Below, piece after piece: positions 27,075-37,127 of a stretch of 64,000 nucleotides of DNA. The position numbers and the translations under genes are program-made. Position 1 is the stretch's first letter. Each line of letters starts with the position of its first letter. This DNA is from an uncultured Bacilli bacterium (GTDB lineage: Bacteria; Bacillota_I; Bacilli_A; RF39; UBA660). A model generated the notes under the pieces. It was given only the letters and a program-made list of their open reading frames with translations, was not told where the DNA came from and did no database searches. Where the stretch lies: the NCBI GenBank assembly GCA_934098455.1, contig CAKOOU010000001.1, forward strand, positions 199,933-263,932. The letters are read 5' to 3'.

Positions 27075-27815
27075 ATGATAACATTAAAAGATGTATCTAT
27101 GAAATTTGATTTAGGAATAGAAAAAGATTTTTCATTTAAACAAGCATTTATAAATATTTTAACACCAAAAAAACATAAAAAGAAAAAAGAGTATTTTTAT
27201 GCTTTGAGTGATGTGTCATTTCATATTAACAAAGGTGAAGTAATTGGACTTATAGGCTCAAATGGTGCAGGTAAATCCACATTATTAAAAGTTGTAAGTG
27301 GAGTTATGAAACCAACTAAAGGAACAGTTGAAGTTAATGGAGTAATATCGCCCATGATAGAACTAGGAGCAGGATTTGATTTAGAATTAACTGCAAGAGA
27401 AAATATATACTTGAATGGCGCTGTGATGGGATATTCTAAACAGTTTTTAGACGAAAAATTTGATGATATAGTTGAATTCTCAGAATTAAGAGATTTCTTA
27501 GACGTACCAGTAAAAAATTTCTCATCCGGTATGACAGCAAAGTTAGCATTTTCAATTGCAACAATAGTTAACCCAGAAATACTAATTGTTGATGAAATTT
27601 TATCTGTTGGAGATATAAAATTTCAAGAAAAAAGTAAAAATAAAATGTTAGAAATGATAAAAGGTGGAACTACGGTGTTATACGTTTCTCATTCATTAAA
27701 ATCTATTGAAGAATTATGCGATAGAGTAATATGGCTTGAACATGGTAAAGTTGTTGAAATTGGTGATACTAAAGAAATTTGTGATAAATATTATCAAAAA
27801 CAAATGGGAAGTTAG
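27075..27815 (+). CDS. tagH: ABC exporter ATP-binding protein (TagH/Wzt-like, no C-terminal carbohydrate-binding domain)
   Basis: 'aaggagg' SD, Walker A 'GSNGAGKST', signature 'FSSGMTAKLAFS', and Walker B 'ILIVDE'. Confidence 0.85.
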   Translation: MITLKDVSMKFDLGIEKDFSFKQAFINILTPKKHKKKKEYFYALSDVSFHINKGEVIGLIGSNGAGKSTLLKVVSGVMKPTKGTVEVNGVISPMIELGAGFDLELTARENIYLNGAVMGYSKQFLDEKFDDIVEFSELRDFLDVPVKNFSSGMTAKLAFSIATIVNPEILIVDEILSVGDIKFQEKSKNKMLEMIKGGTTVLYVSHSLKSIEELCDRVIWLEHGKVVEIGDTKEICDKYYQKQMGS

Positions 27816-27826
27816 GATGATTAAAA

Positions 27827-30130
27827 ATGGATTATAAAAAAAGACCAGGAAAGAATATAACAACAATTGGTGACTTATTAAATAAAAATATAAAACCAAC
27901 AATTTCAATAATAACTCCATTTTATAATGGTGGAGAAACATTATTAGAAACAGCAAATTCAGTGATAAGTCAAACTTATCCATTTTTTGAATGGATAATT
28001 GTTAATGATGGTTCACCAGATAAAGAATCTGTAAAAAAATTAGAAAATGTTTCAAAGATTGATAGTAGAATAAAAGTATATCATAAAGAAAATGGTGGTC
28101 CATCAGACACAAGAGATTTTGGCATAAAAAAATCTTCTAAAGATACTAAATATATATTCTTCTTAGATTGTGATGACATAATGGAAAATACAATGTTAGA
28201 AGTTTTATATTGGACATTAGAAACACACAAAGATGCCTCTTTTGCTTATACAACAATGGTAAATTTTGGTGATAGAGAATTTATTTGGGAACAATATTTA
28301 ACAGTAGAAAAAGAAAAAAGAGATAACTTAATTTGTATAAGCACAATGATAAGAAAAGAAGATTTATTAAAAGTTGGATGCTTTGAAATAAAAGAAAAAG
28401 CAATGTATGAAGATTGGAACTTATGGCTAAAACTTCTTGCAGCAGGTAAAAAGCCTATAAGAGTTAATGCTCCAATATTTTGGTATAGAATTAATAGTAC
28501 AGGAGAATTTCAAAGAGCGAAACAAAATAATGATAAAGCAATGGCTTTAATTAATGGAACAGCAAGTACTATAAAAAAAGATGTAGAAATAATTCAATTT
28601 CCTAGAATTAATAAAAAATACGAAATAAAAGATTTAAAAAATACGACATTGCCAGAATACAAATGTAATAAAAAGAAAATCTTATTTATATTACCGTGGA
28701 CAGTATTAGGTGGTGCAGATTTATTTAATTTAGAACTAATAAAAGGATTAGATAAAGAAAAATTTGATCCAATTGTTATAACAACACTACCTAGTACAAA
28801 TGATTTAAGAAATGAATTTACAAGTGTAGTATCAGAATATTATGATTTAACAACATTTTTAGACACTAGTGATTATTTAAGTTTTGTAGATTACATAATT
28901 GATTCAAGAAAAGTAGATTCTATTTATGTAAGCAATAGCAAAATTGGATATTATATGTTACCATTTATAAAAAATAAATATAGCAATATTAAAATAGTAG
29001 ATTATATTCATTCTATAGACCCTAAAGATTTACAAGGTGGATTTGGAAGGTGTTCAAAAGATGTAGATGATTATATTGATAAAACTTACTGTTGTAATAA
29101 TTTTACTAAAAAAGAATTAAAAGAAAAATTTAATAAAGAAAATGTGGAAACTTTATATATTGGAACAGATGAAAAAAGATTTGACAAAACAAAATTTAAT
29201 AAAGAAGAACTTAAACAAAAATATAATATTCCATCAAATAAAAAAATAATAACATTCATTGCAAGATTATCTGAAGAAAAAAGACCAGAATTATTTGTAA
29301 AAATAGCCAAAAAAATATTAGAAACTAGAAATGATATTCATTTCGTTATAGCTGGTGATGGAAATCTATATAAAAAAGTAAGAAGTTCAATTAATAAAAA
29401 TTTTACTATGTTAGGTTCTATTAACACACCAGAAGAAATATATGCAATAAGTGATATTACCGTAAATTGTTCTTCATTAGAAGGATTAGCCTTAACTTCA
29501 TACGAATCACTTGCAATGGAAGTACCAGTTATTTCAACATCAGTTGGAGGACAAAAAGAATTAATCGATGATACTGTCGGTGGAATAGTTGAATTTAATC
29601 CAAAAAATGAAACAAAAGAAATAAAAGATTATGTAGATAAAATAAATAATGTGCTAGATAATTTAGAAATATTATCAAAAAATTGTAGAAAGAAAATATT
29701 AGAAGGATTTACATTAAATCACATAATTACTCAGTTTAATAAAATCTTTAATAATTTAGAACCAAGAAAAAATATAGCCAAAAATGATAATAAATTAATT
29801 TTTGAATTAGCACTAGATAGTACAAATGCAGAACATATCAATAATGTAAAATATTATTATAAAACAAAATTTGATTTAGATTATGATAATATAAAAGATA
29901 ATAAAATAGAATTAACTTTAAAACAAAGAATAAAAAATAAATGTTATAGAATATGTACAAAATATAATTGTGTTAAGGAAGCAAAAAATATATTAAATTT
30001 AATATATCAAACATATAAAATAACTTTTGGCTTGTTAACTAATATAATATATTTTATAAAATTTTTAGTATTAAGTATTTGTTCATGCTTTATAATATTG
30101 ATTAAAATATTAGGTGGTAAATATGAATAA
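27827..30130 (+). CDS. Bifunctional GT2 + GT4 glycosyltransferase with a C-terminal hydrophobic tail (polymerase-type)
   Basis: N-terminal GT2 ('ISIITPFYNGGETL', 'VNDGSPD', 'FLDCDD'). C-terminal GT-B ('FIARLSEEKRP', 'SSLEGLALTSYESLAMEVPVISTSVGG'). Terminal TM 'IIYFIKFLVLSICSCFIILI'. Confidence 0.75.
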   Translation: MDYKKRPGKNITTIGDLLNKNIKPTISIITPFYNGGETLLETANSVISQTYPFFEWIIVNDGSPDKESVKKLENVSKIDSRIKVYHKENGGPSDTRDFGIKKSSKDTKYIFFLDCDDIMENTMLEVLYWTLETHKDASFAYTTMVNFGDREFIWEQYLTVEKEKRDNLICISTMIRKEDLLKVGCFEIKEKAMYEDWNLWLKLLAAGKKPIRVNAPIFWYRINSTGEFQRAKQNNDKAMALINGTASTIKKDVEIIQFPRINKKYEIKDLKNTTLPEYKCNKKKILFILPWTVLGGADLFNLELIKGLDKEKFDPIVITTLPSTNDLRNEFTSVVSEYYDLTTFLDTSDYLSFVDYIIDSRKVDSIYVSNSKIGYYMLPFIKNKYSNIKIVDYIHSIDPKDLQGGFGRCSKDVDDYIDKTYCCNNFTKKELKEKFNKENVETLYIGTDEKRFDKTKFNKEELKQKYNIPSNKKIITFIARLSEEKRPELFVKIAKKILETRNDIHFVIAGDGNLYKKVRSSINKNFTMLGSINTPEEIYAISDITVNCSSLEGLALTSYESLAMEVPVISTSVGGQKELIDDTVGGIVEFNPKNETKEIKDYVDKINNVLDNLEILSKNCRKKILEGFTLNHIITQFNKIFNNLEPRKNIAKNDNKLIFELALDSTNAEHINNVKYYYKTKFDLDYDNIKDNKIELTLKQRIKNKCYRICTKYNCVKEAKNILNLIYQTYKITFGLLTNIIYFIKFLVLSICSCFIILIKILGGKYE

Positions 30131-31820
30131 GATTAAAGAAAAATATAAATTATCTTTAATGATAGTGTTATATATGTTTTCAATATGCGTTTTATATAAT
30201 ATATTCAAACTATTTAAAATAGTGCATTGCCTAAATATAATACAATGTATTTCTGTAATAATTCCATTATTGTTGTATTTTAAAATATCAAAAAAGAATA
30301 CAAAAATAATAACTATTACTACATATTTACTTTTAATACTAATATTACCTTTTATGTTTACAAAAACATATGACTTAACTGTGGATGGAAATTCATATCA
30401 TAAAACTGCGATAGGTTTTATGAATGAAGGATGGAATCCAATATATGAATCTAGTAGTGATTTTAATAGTAGAACATTAGGTAAATTAAGTGAACATACA
30501 AAAGATTCAAATTCATTAAACAAAGTTGATTTATGGATTGATCATTACCCAAAAGCATCATACTTTATAGAAACAGTAATTTATTCATACACAAATAATA
30601 TTGAAAGTGGAAAGTGTATAACTATATTATTAGATATATCTTTAGTACTATTAGTACTATCAATATTGGAAGATAAGATAGGTAAAACAAAAGCAATTAT
30701 TATAAGTATATTAATTGGTTTGAATCCAATAGTTTTAAGTCAAATGTTTACATTTTATGTAGATGGATTAATGGGCATATTATTTGGAATTGAATTGCTA
30801 TTACTATATCAAACTAAAATATATGAAAAAAAATACGATTTAAATTTCTTATATTTAATGTGTTGTTGTGGAATATTTGTTAATTTAAAATATACGGGAT
30901 TATTATATTCTGGTTTAATCGCAGCAGTACATTATTTCTACTATCTAATAAGAAACAAAAAAAATAGATTTGAAACTTTTAAAAATATGACTATAAAATT
31001 TTCAATTATATTTATAATAGCAATAGGATTTATAGGATGTAGTTCTTACATCAAAAACACAATAGATCATCATAATCCTTTATACCCAATAATTGGAGAA
31101 GACAAAGTTGATATAATTACAATGATGTATCCAGATAATTATGACAAAATGAATGGATTAGAAAGATTTGTAAATTCAATATATAGTAGGACAGAAAATT
31201 TAGGTAGAAATAAAGGAAATACAACAATTAAAAATCCTTTCAAGATATATAGTTCAGAAATGGATACAATAGCACTACCAGACACAAGAATAGGCGGATT
31301 TGGGCCTTTATTTGGTATAGTTACATCTTTTACTATTCTACTTTTAATAATCTTAATAGCAAAAAAAATAAAAAAAGAGAAATTGGATATTAATATAAAT
31401 ATCATATTATTTAGTATTTCAATTATATTGAGTATGATATTAGTAGGAGAAAGTTGGTGGGCAAGATACGTTCCTCAATTCTATTATCTAATATTTATAG
31501 TAATGTTTATATTTTATAAAAATATAAAAAATGAAAAATTAAATAATATATTTATGTCTATATTAATAATAGCTGTATTAACTAATTCATCATTATTTAT
31601 ATACAACAGAATGAAAGATATAAATACATTTAAAAATATACAAGAGGATTTAAATTATTTGTCTAATCAAAATAATAATGAATTAATGTTGTCGAATCCT
31701 GAATTATATGGTTATTATTACAATTTAAAAGATAAAAATATTAAATATATTACTAACAACAATTTAAAAGAAGAGGAAATAAGATATATCTACTCATGGA
31801 GGATGAAGTTAAAATTATGA
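30123..31820 (+). CDS. Polytopic membrane protein, candidate GT-C-type glycosyltransferase
   Basis: About 12 TM helices with loop regions. ATG at 30123 follows 'aggtgg'. The stop overlaps the ubiA-like start (ATGA). I recognise no family by eye. Confidence 0.4.
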   Translation: MNKIKEKYKLSLMIVLYMFSICVLYNIFKLFKIVHCLNIIQCISVIIPLLLYFKISKKNTKIITITTYLLLILILPFMFTKTYDLTVDGNSYHKTAIGFMNEGWNPIYESSSDFNSRTLGKLSEHTKDSNSLNKVDLWIDHYPKASYFIETVIYSYTNNIESGKCITILLDISLVLLVLSILEDKIGKTKAIIISILIGLNPIVLSQMFTFYVDGLMGILFGIELLLLYQTKIYEKKYDLNFLYLMCCCGIFVNLKYTGLLYSGLIAAVHYFYYLIRNKKNRFETFKNMTIKFSIIFIIAIGFIGCSSYIKNTIDHHNPLYPIIGEDKVDIITMMYPDNYDKMNGLERFVNSIYSRTENLGRNKGNTTIKNPFKIYSSEMDTIALPDTRIGGFGPLFGIVTSFTILLLIILIAKKIKKEKLDININIILFSISIILSMILVGESWWARYVPQFYYLIFIVMFIFYKNIKNEKLNNIFMSILIIAVLTNSSLFIYNRMKDINTFKNIQEDLNYLSNQNNNELMLSNPELYGYYYNLKDKNIKYITNNNLKEEEIRYIYSWRMKLKL

Positions 31821-32680
31821 AAAATTATTTAAAATTGTTAAGAATTAAACATTGGCTAAAAAATGGATTAGTTCTATTACCATTATTTTTTGGCAAAAGC
31901 ATATTTAATTTAAATAAAATATATTCTGTTTTAATTGCCTTTGTAATATTTTCTTTTATATCTTCTATTGTATATATAATAAACGATATTAATGATATAG
32001 AAGCAGACAGAAACCATCCAAAAAAGAAAAAAAGACCACTAGCTAGTGGAAAGGTTTCTATTAAAAATGCAATATTAGTACTAATATTATTAATGATATT
32101 ATCCATATCATTAATAATATATATATATAATAAAACAACTAATATATTTATTATTCTAATACCATTATTGTACTTAATATTAAATATTTTATATTCAACA
32201 AAACTAAAACATATTCCTATCATTGATGTAGCAATATTAGTATCAGGTTTTGTATTAAGAGTATACTATGGAGGAATAGCATCAAATATCGAAATATCTT
32301 CTTGGTTATATTTAATGATAATGTTTGGTTCATTTTACCTAGGATTTGGAAAAAGAAGAAATGAAATGAAACATAATAATACTAGAAAAGTATTAAAATA
32401 TTACAACAAAGAATTTTTAGATAAAAATATGTATGTTTCTTTAGGATTATCAATTATAAGTTATTCACTATGGTGTGTAGATCCTTTAACTAAATTAAAT
32501 ATATCATCAAATTATTTAATATTAACAATACCATTAGTAATGATGATATTTCAAAAATATAGTTTAATAATTGAAGGAGATTCAGATGGAGATCCAATTG
32601 AAGTAATACTAAATGATAGATTATTGATTTCATTAATTACTGCGTACATTATTGTTATGATATTCATTATTTACATATAA
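31817..32680 (+). CDS. UbiA-family polyprenyl-phosphate 5-phosphoribosyltransferase (DPPR-synthase-like)
   Basis: 'NDINDIEADRNHPKKKKRPLASG' matches the NDxxDxxxDRxHPxKxxRPxAxG signature of Rv3806c-type enzymes. About 8 TM helices. Confidence 0.65.
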   Translation: MKNYLKLLRIKHWLKNGLVLLPLFFGKSIFNLNKIYSVLIAFVIFSFISSIVYIINDINDIEADRNHPKKKKRPLASGKVSIKNAILVLILLMILSISLIIYIYNKTTNIFIILIPLLYLILNILYSTKLKHIPIIDVAILVSGFVLRVYYGGIASNIEISSWLYLMIMFGSFYLGFGKRRNEMKHNNTRKVLKYYNKEFLDKNMYVSLGLSIISYSLWCVDPLTKLNISSNYLILTIPLVMMIFQKYSLIIEGDSDGDPIEVILNDRLLISLITAYIIVMIFIIYI

Positions 32681-32795
32681 GTATTAATAAATTTAAAGAA
32701 AGATAGGTTCTAAATATTCTAGTGGGAAGTTTAAAACTCACTTTTAGATATTTTACTGGGGAGTTTTCATAAGAAAACAACATATTTTAGTGGAA

Positions 32796-32826
32796 AGATG
32801 ACTAAGTAATTAGTTGTCTTTTTTTA
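32796..32826 (+). terminator. Intrinsic terminator closing the first glycan module
   Basis: AGATGACTA / TAGTTGTCT stem (two G-U pairs) followed by TTTTTTT. Confidence 0.5.
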
Positions 32827-32861
32827 TGTTAAAATTTTTATAAGAAATGGAGGTATAAAAA

Positions 32862-33362
32862 ATAAAAAAAATTGAAACAATATTAGGATTAGAAAAATAT
32901 AAAATTTTAAATATTGAAGAAAAAAATGATAATGATAAGACAATTAAAATAATAGAAGTAGAAAGTAAAATCAAAAAGCATAAGTGTCCTTGTTGAGATG
33001 AATATACAAGTAGTATACATGATAAATTAAAACCAATAAGTTTAAAATACTTAAAATTATTTGAACAAGATACTAAAATAATTATAAAGAAAAAGAGATT
33101 TATTTGTCATAAATGTAAAAAGAAATTTACTGAGAGTGTAGATTTAAATGATAGAGGAAAAAATATTTCAAATAAATTAGAACAAAAAGTGCTAAAAGAA
33201 TTAATGGATTATAATTTAAGCATAAAATGGATTGCAAAAGAAAATGGAATTAATTCAGAAAGTGTTAGAAAGATATTAAAAAGGGCAATGATAAATTATC
33301 CTAAACAAGTAAAAAACTTACCAAGAGTAATTTCTTTTGATGAGTTTAAGGCAGATACTTAG
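32862..33362 (+). mobile_element. ISL3-family transposase remnant (N-terminal zinc-finger/HTH part only)
   Basis: Translates to 'IKKIETILGLEKYKILNIEE..HKCPC*DEYTS..RFICHKCKKKFTE..ISFDEFKADT*'. The start codon is ATA, there is an in-frame TGA at 32994-32996 inside the CPxCG finger, and the ORF ends where the DDE domain should begin. Confidence 0.7.
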
Positions 33363-33389
33363 TATGAAAAGAGAAAGTAGGTATTAAAA

Positions 33390-33557
33390 ATGGTAATTAC
33401 AAGAACTTCATTTAGGATAAGTTTATGTGGTGGTGGAAGTGATATAAAATCATTTTATGAAAAACATGGAGGATGTGTATTGAGTACTACAATAAACAAA
33501 TATATGTACATAACTACTCATCCATCATTTGAAAAAAAACAACAGTTCTTAAACTAA
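33390..33557 (+). pseudogene. GHMP-kinase (HddA-like sugar kinase) 5' fragment, 55 codons
   Basis: 'MVITRTSFRISLCGGGSDIKSFYEKHGGCVLSTTINKYMYI' is the N-terminus of GHMP sugar-1-kinases. It is truncated after 55 aa. Confidence 0.6.
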
Positions 33558-33562
33558 GTAAA

Positions 33563-34627
33563 ATGTCAAAAAATGATATTATATATAATGAAAAATGTAT
33601 AAAAATAATTTATAAAGATAAAATAATAAATTTTCCATTCCAAACAAATATTCATGAATTAGACAAAGAAGAATTTATAGATTGTTTATATGACTTATTT
33701 AATAAAGAAGAAAAAGATAAATATGATAATTTTTTAGACATGCTTTATGGAAAATTTGGCAAATCAATAACAGAAAAATTTTTAAAACCATATAATGAAA
33801 AATTATATGCTGTAGATTTAAAAGAATTAGACGTTGATGCTATGGGAAGATTCTTCCCATATGCAAACATCAAAGATATAATTAGTAATATGAAAGAACA
33901 CAAAGTAAATTCATATAATAATACATTTTTATATCCAAAAAATGGAGCAGGAAGCTTTATAAATTTTTTATATGAAGAATTAGATAAAAATAAAGTATTA
34001 TTAAACACTTCAATAACAAAAATAGACGAAGATCAGAAAATAGCATATTTATCAAACGGAGATAAAATTGAATATGAATATGTTATTAATACTATACCAT
34101 TAAATAAATTTTTACTATTATTTAACAATTATAATGAATTACAAAAAAGATTATCTTACAATAAAGTATTAGTATTTAATTTAGGTTTTAATAAAAAATC
34201 TGAAAAGTTTACAAAAGAACATTGGTTATACATACCAGATAAAAATATTAATTTTTATAGATGCGATTTTTATAATAATATTTTAGGACAAGAAAAACTA
34301 AGTATGTATATTGAAATTGGATATAACAAAAATGACAATATTACAAAAGAAGAAATTGATAAACAATTAGAGTTAACATTAGATAATTTACTTAAACTAA
34401 ATATTATTGATGAAAATACAAAATTAGAAGAATATGTTTCTATAAATATAGATCCAGCATATGTACACATTAATATCGAAACGACAAAAGAGATTGACGA
34501 ATTAAAAGAAAAATTATTAAATAATAACATATATACAATAGGTAGATATGGAGCTTGGATTTATAATTCTATGGAAGATTCTATGTTAAAAGCAAAAGAA
34601 TTAGCAGAAAAATTACAAGAAAGATAA
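33563..34627 (+). pseudogene. FAD-dependent oxidoreductase (UDP-galactopyranose-mutase/amine-oxidase-like) lacking the N-terminal dinucleotide-binding segment
   Basis: It has the middle and C-terminal regions ('FPFQTNIHEL', 'KPYNEKLYAVDLKELD', 'IYTIGRYGAWIYNSMEDSM') but no GxGxxG Rossmann start. It lies just after the gene fragments. Confidence 0.5.
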
Positions 34628-34705
34628 GAAAATTCTCTTTTTTTATTTAAAAGAATTTAGAAATTTGATATTATAAATATATAAAAGAAAGCAGGTAATG
34701 CAAAT

Positions 34706-35803
34706 ATGAAAAATATAGACATTAGTATTATCATTACACATTATAATCAAAATCAATATTTAAAAAATTGTATTAACAGCATATTAAAACAAAAAGACAT
34801 TACATATCAATTAATTATAATTGATGATTGTTCAGATAACTTTGATAGAACAAAAATAGAAAATTATATAAAAGATAATAAGAAGGAAAATTTAAAATCA
34901 ATAATAATTATTGAGAATAAAGAAAATATAGGGACAACAAAAAGTTTAAATAAAACATTAAAAAACATAGAAGGAGATTATTCTGTGTTCGTAGCAGCAG
35001 ATGATGAGCTTAATAAGGATAACTGTCTTATAGAAAATATTAATTACCTTAAAAACCATAATTTTGATATATTAATTACACAACAAAATATGATGGATAA
35101 TAATTTAAAAAATTTATATTACAAATATGTTGAACCTCAATTTATTAAAATAATTGAATCAAGAAATAATGAAGCTATATTTAATCTTTTATCCAAAGGG
35201 TGTTTTTTTCCAGCTGGTGCAACACTGTATAAAAGTAGTTATATAAAGAAATCTCAATTCGATGAAGAATGTAGACTAATCGAAGATTGGACAACATATT
35301 TGCGAGCATGTTTGTTAAATACAAAAATAGGCTATCATAATATAACAACCATTAACCACAGAGATGGTGGCTTAAGCCACAGTGCAGAAACAACAAAATC
35401 ACACGAAGAATTTATACAAGATATATACACAATATATTGTAAATATTTAATTCCAAACATGAAACATATGTCATTTAGCAATAGAATATGGGTTACGAGA
35501 AGTTTCAAATATTATAAAGACAGATTTGGAACATCAAAGTTGAAAATAAATAAAGAGTATAGTTTTACAAGATATATACTCATAGTATGGTACACACTAA
35601 TAAGAATAAAAAATTATGTAGATTCAAGAACGTTTTTAAATGTAACATTATTATTATTAATATTAGACTATAATTTAAATTCAAACTTTATACATGCTAT
35701 TTTTAAGATATACACTTCAATATGTTCAATTTTTATGATATTTAATATAATATATAAATATTTTGAAAAAAACAAGAAGAATAAAGAAAGTCAGAGGAGA
35801 TAG
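34706..35803 (+). CDS. GT2 glycosyltransferase with a C-terminal membrane tail (paralog A)
   Basis: 'ISIIITHYNQNQYL', 'IIIDDCSD', 'VAADDEL', 'IEDWTTYLR' and 'HRDGGLSH', with 2-3 C-terminal TM helices. Confidence 0.8.
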   Translation: MKNIDISIIITHYNQNQYLKNCINSILKQKDITYQLIIIDDCSDNFDRTKIENYIKDNKKENLKSIIIIENKENIGTTKSLNKTLKNIEGDYSVFVAADDELNKDNCLIENINYLKNHNFDILITQQNMMDNNLKNLYYKYVEPQFIKIIESRNNEAIFNLLSKGCFFPAGATLYKSSYIKKSQFDEECRLIEDWTTYLRACLLNTKIGYHNITTINHRDGGLSHSAETTKSHEEFIQDIYTIYCKYLIPNMKHMSFSNRIWVTRSFKYYKDRFGTSKLKINKEYSFTRYILIVWYTLIRIKNYVDSRTFLNVTLLLLILDYNLNSNFIHAIFKIYTSICSIFMIFNIIYKYFEKNKKNKESQRR

Positions 35804-35806
35804 GAA

Positions 35807-37126
35807 ATGAAACCAAAATTCACGGTAGTACTAGCACACTATAACCAAATGCAATTAATAAAGGAAGCTATATATAGTATATTAAAACAAAAATATGATA
35901 GAATAGAATTGATAATTACAGATGATTGTTCCAAATATTTTAATAGGGAAGAAATCACAAAATTTATTGAGAACAATAAAAAAGGAAATTTAGAAAATTA
36001 TTTTATAATAAAAAATAATGAAAATATCGGAACCGTAAAAACATTAAATAAAGCAGTAAGAAAAGCAACGGGAGATTATATTTTATTCTTTGCAGCAGAT
36101 GATAAATTATATGATGAAAATGTTTTAGAGAATTTTGTTAATTCGTTTAATGAAACAGAAAGAATTATAACTGCCCAAAGTATAATGTGTGATAAGAATC
36201 TCGATAAACATTTTGAAAAATATGTTAATGAAAAAAAGGCATTAGAAAATAATATGAAAAGTAGTAAGGAATTATTTGAAATAATGAGTGAAAACTGTAT
36301 TTATTCTTCAGGTGCTACAGCATATGATATTAACATTATAAAAAAATATAATTATTTTGATGAAAAATATAAATTGATAGAAGATTGGACGTTTTGGTTA
36401 AAAATTTTGAACGCCGGAGAAAAAATATATTATCATAACTTTAGTGCTTTACTTCATAGAGATGGAGGTGTGAGTCACTATAATTTAAATAAAAAATTAC
36501 CTCCGCACGTTATTCAATATTACAAAGATTTACTTAATGCGTATAAATACAATGTAATGCCTTTCATAAATGAAATGAGTGAAAATAATAAAATAAAGGT
36601 AATTACAAAATATCTATTTTCATTAAAAATCTTTAGTGAAAGAAGTAGTGAAATTCAAGAAGAATATTATGAAGAACGAATATTATTTTTTGATAAATAC
36701 AAAATAGATGAAGAAAAATATAGAACTAGTATCGAAAAAGCAAATAATCACATTAAATTAACGAATTTTATAAAAGAGGATTTAAAACTTAAATTGATCA
36801 AACCTTTAAAAACTAATAAAATCTTAAAATTTTCTTTTGTTGAAAATGTGTTATTATGTGATATTATACATCAATTTGCAAAAATAAATAATACAATAAT
36901 CTTTTTAATTCTTATATTTAATATAATCCCATTATATTTTTTGATGAAAGAAATAGATTATCAAGATTACATTGTAAATGACGCTCTAGTTCTAGGCTCT
37001 ATATTAACAACATCATTCACAAGATTTTTTGATGATCCGTTTGTTTTAATTATTATGTTTGCTGTTGTCACAATAATTATATATTATATATTATATATTA
37101 TATTTAATTTGAGAAAGGAAAAATAA
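35807..37126 (+). CDS. GT2 glycosyltransferase with a C-terminal membrane tail (paralog B)
   Basis: 'FTVVLAHYNQMQLI', 'ITDDCSK', 'FAADDKL', 'IEDWTFWLK' and 'HRDGGVSH', with C-terminal TM helices. Clearly paralogous to the upstream gene. Confidence 0.8.
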   Translation: MKPKFTVVLAHYNQMQLIKEAIYSILKQKYDRIELIITDDCSKYFNREEITKFIENNKKGNLENYFIIKNNENIGTVKTLNKAVRKATGDYILFFAADDKLYDENVLENFVNSFNETERIITAQSIMCDKNLDKHFEKYVNEKKALENNMKSSKELFEIMSENCIYSSGATAYDINIIKKYNYFDEKYKLIEDWTFWLKILNAGEKIYYHNFSALLHRDGGVSHYNLNKKLPPHVIQYYKDLLNAYKYNVMPFINEMSENNKIKVITKYLFSLKIFSERSSEIQEEYYEERILFFDKYKIDEEKYRTSIEKANNHIKLTNFIKEDLKLKLIKPLKTNKILKFSFVENVLLCDIIHQFAKINNTIIFLILIFNIIPLYFLMKEIDYQDYIVNDALVLGSILTTSFTRFFDDPFVLIIMFAVVTIIIYYILYIIFNLRKEK

Positions 37127-37127
37127 A

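Noticed and set aside
32994-32996. The in-frame TGA in the transposase-like frame could mean TGA=Trp (genetic code 4, Mollicutes-like).
   Set aside because: TGA cleanly terminates many well-supported ORFs here (for example essC at 19794 and the ORFs ending at 45324 and 46216), and Trp is encoded by TGG throughout. The TGA sits where ISL3 zinc fingers have Gly (CPxCG), so GGA to TGA is a simple nonsense mutation in a frame that also lacks an ATG and a DDE domain.
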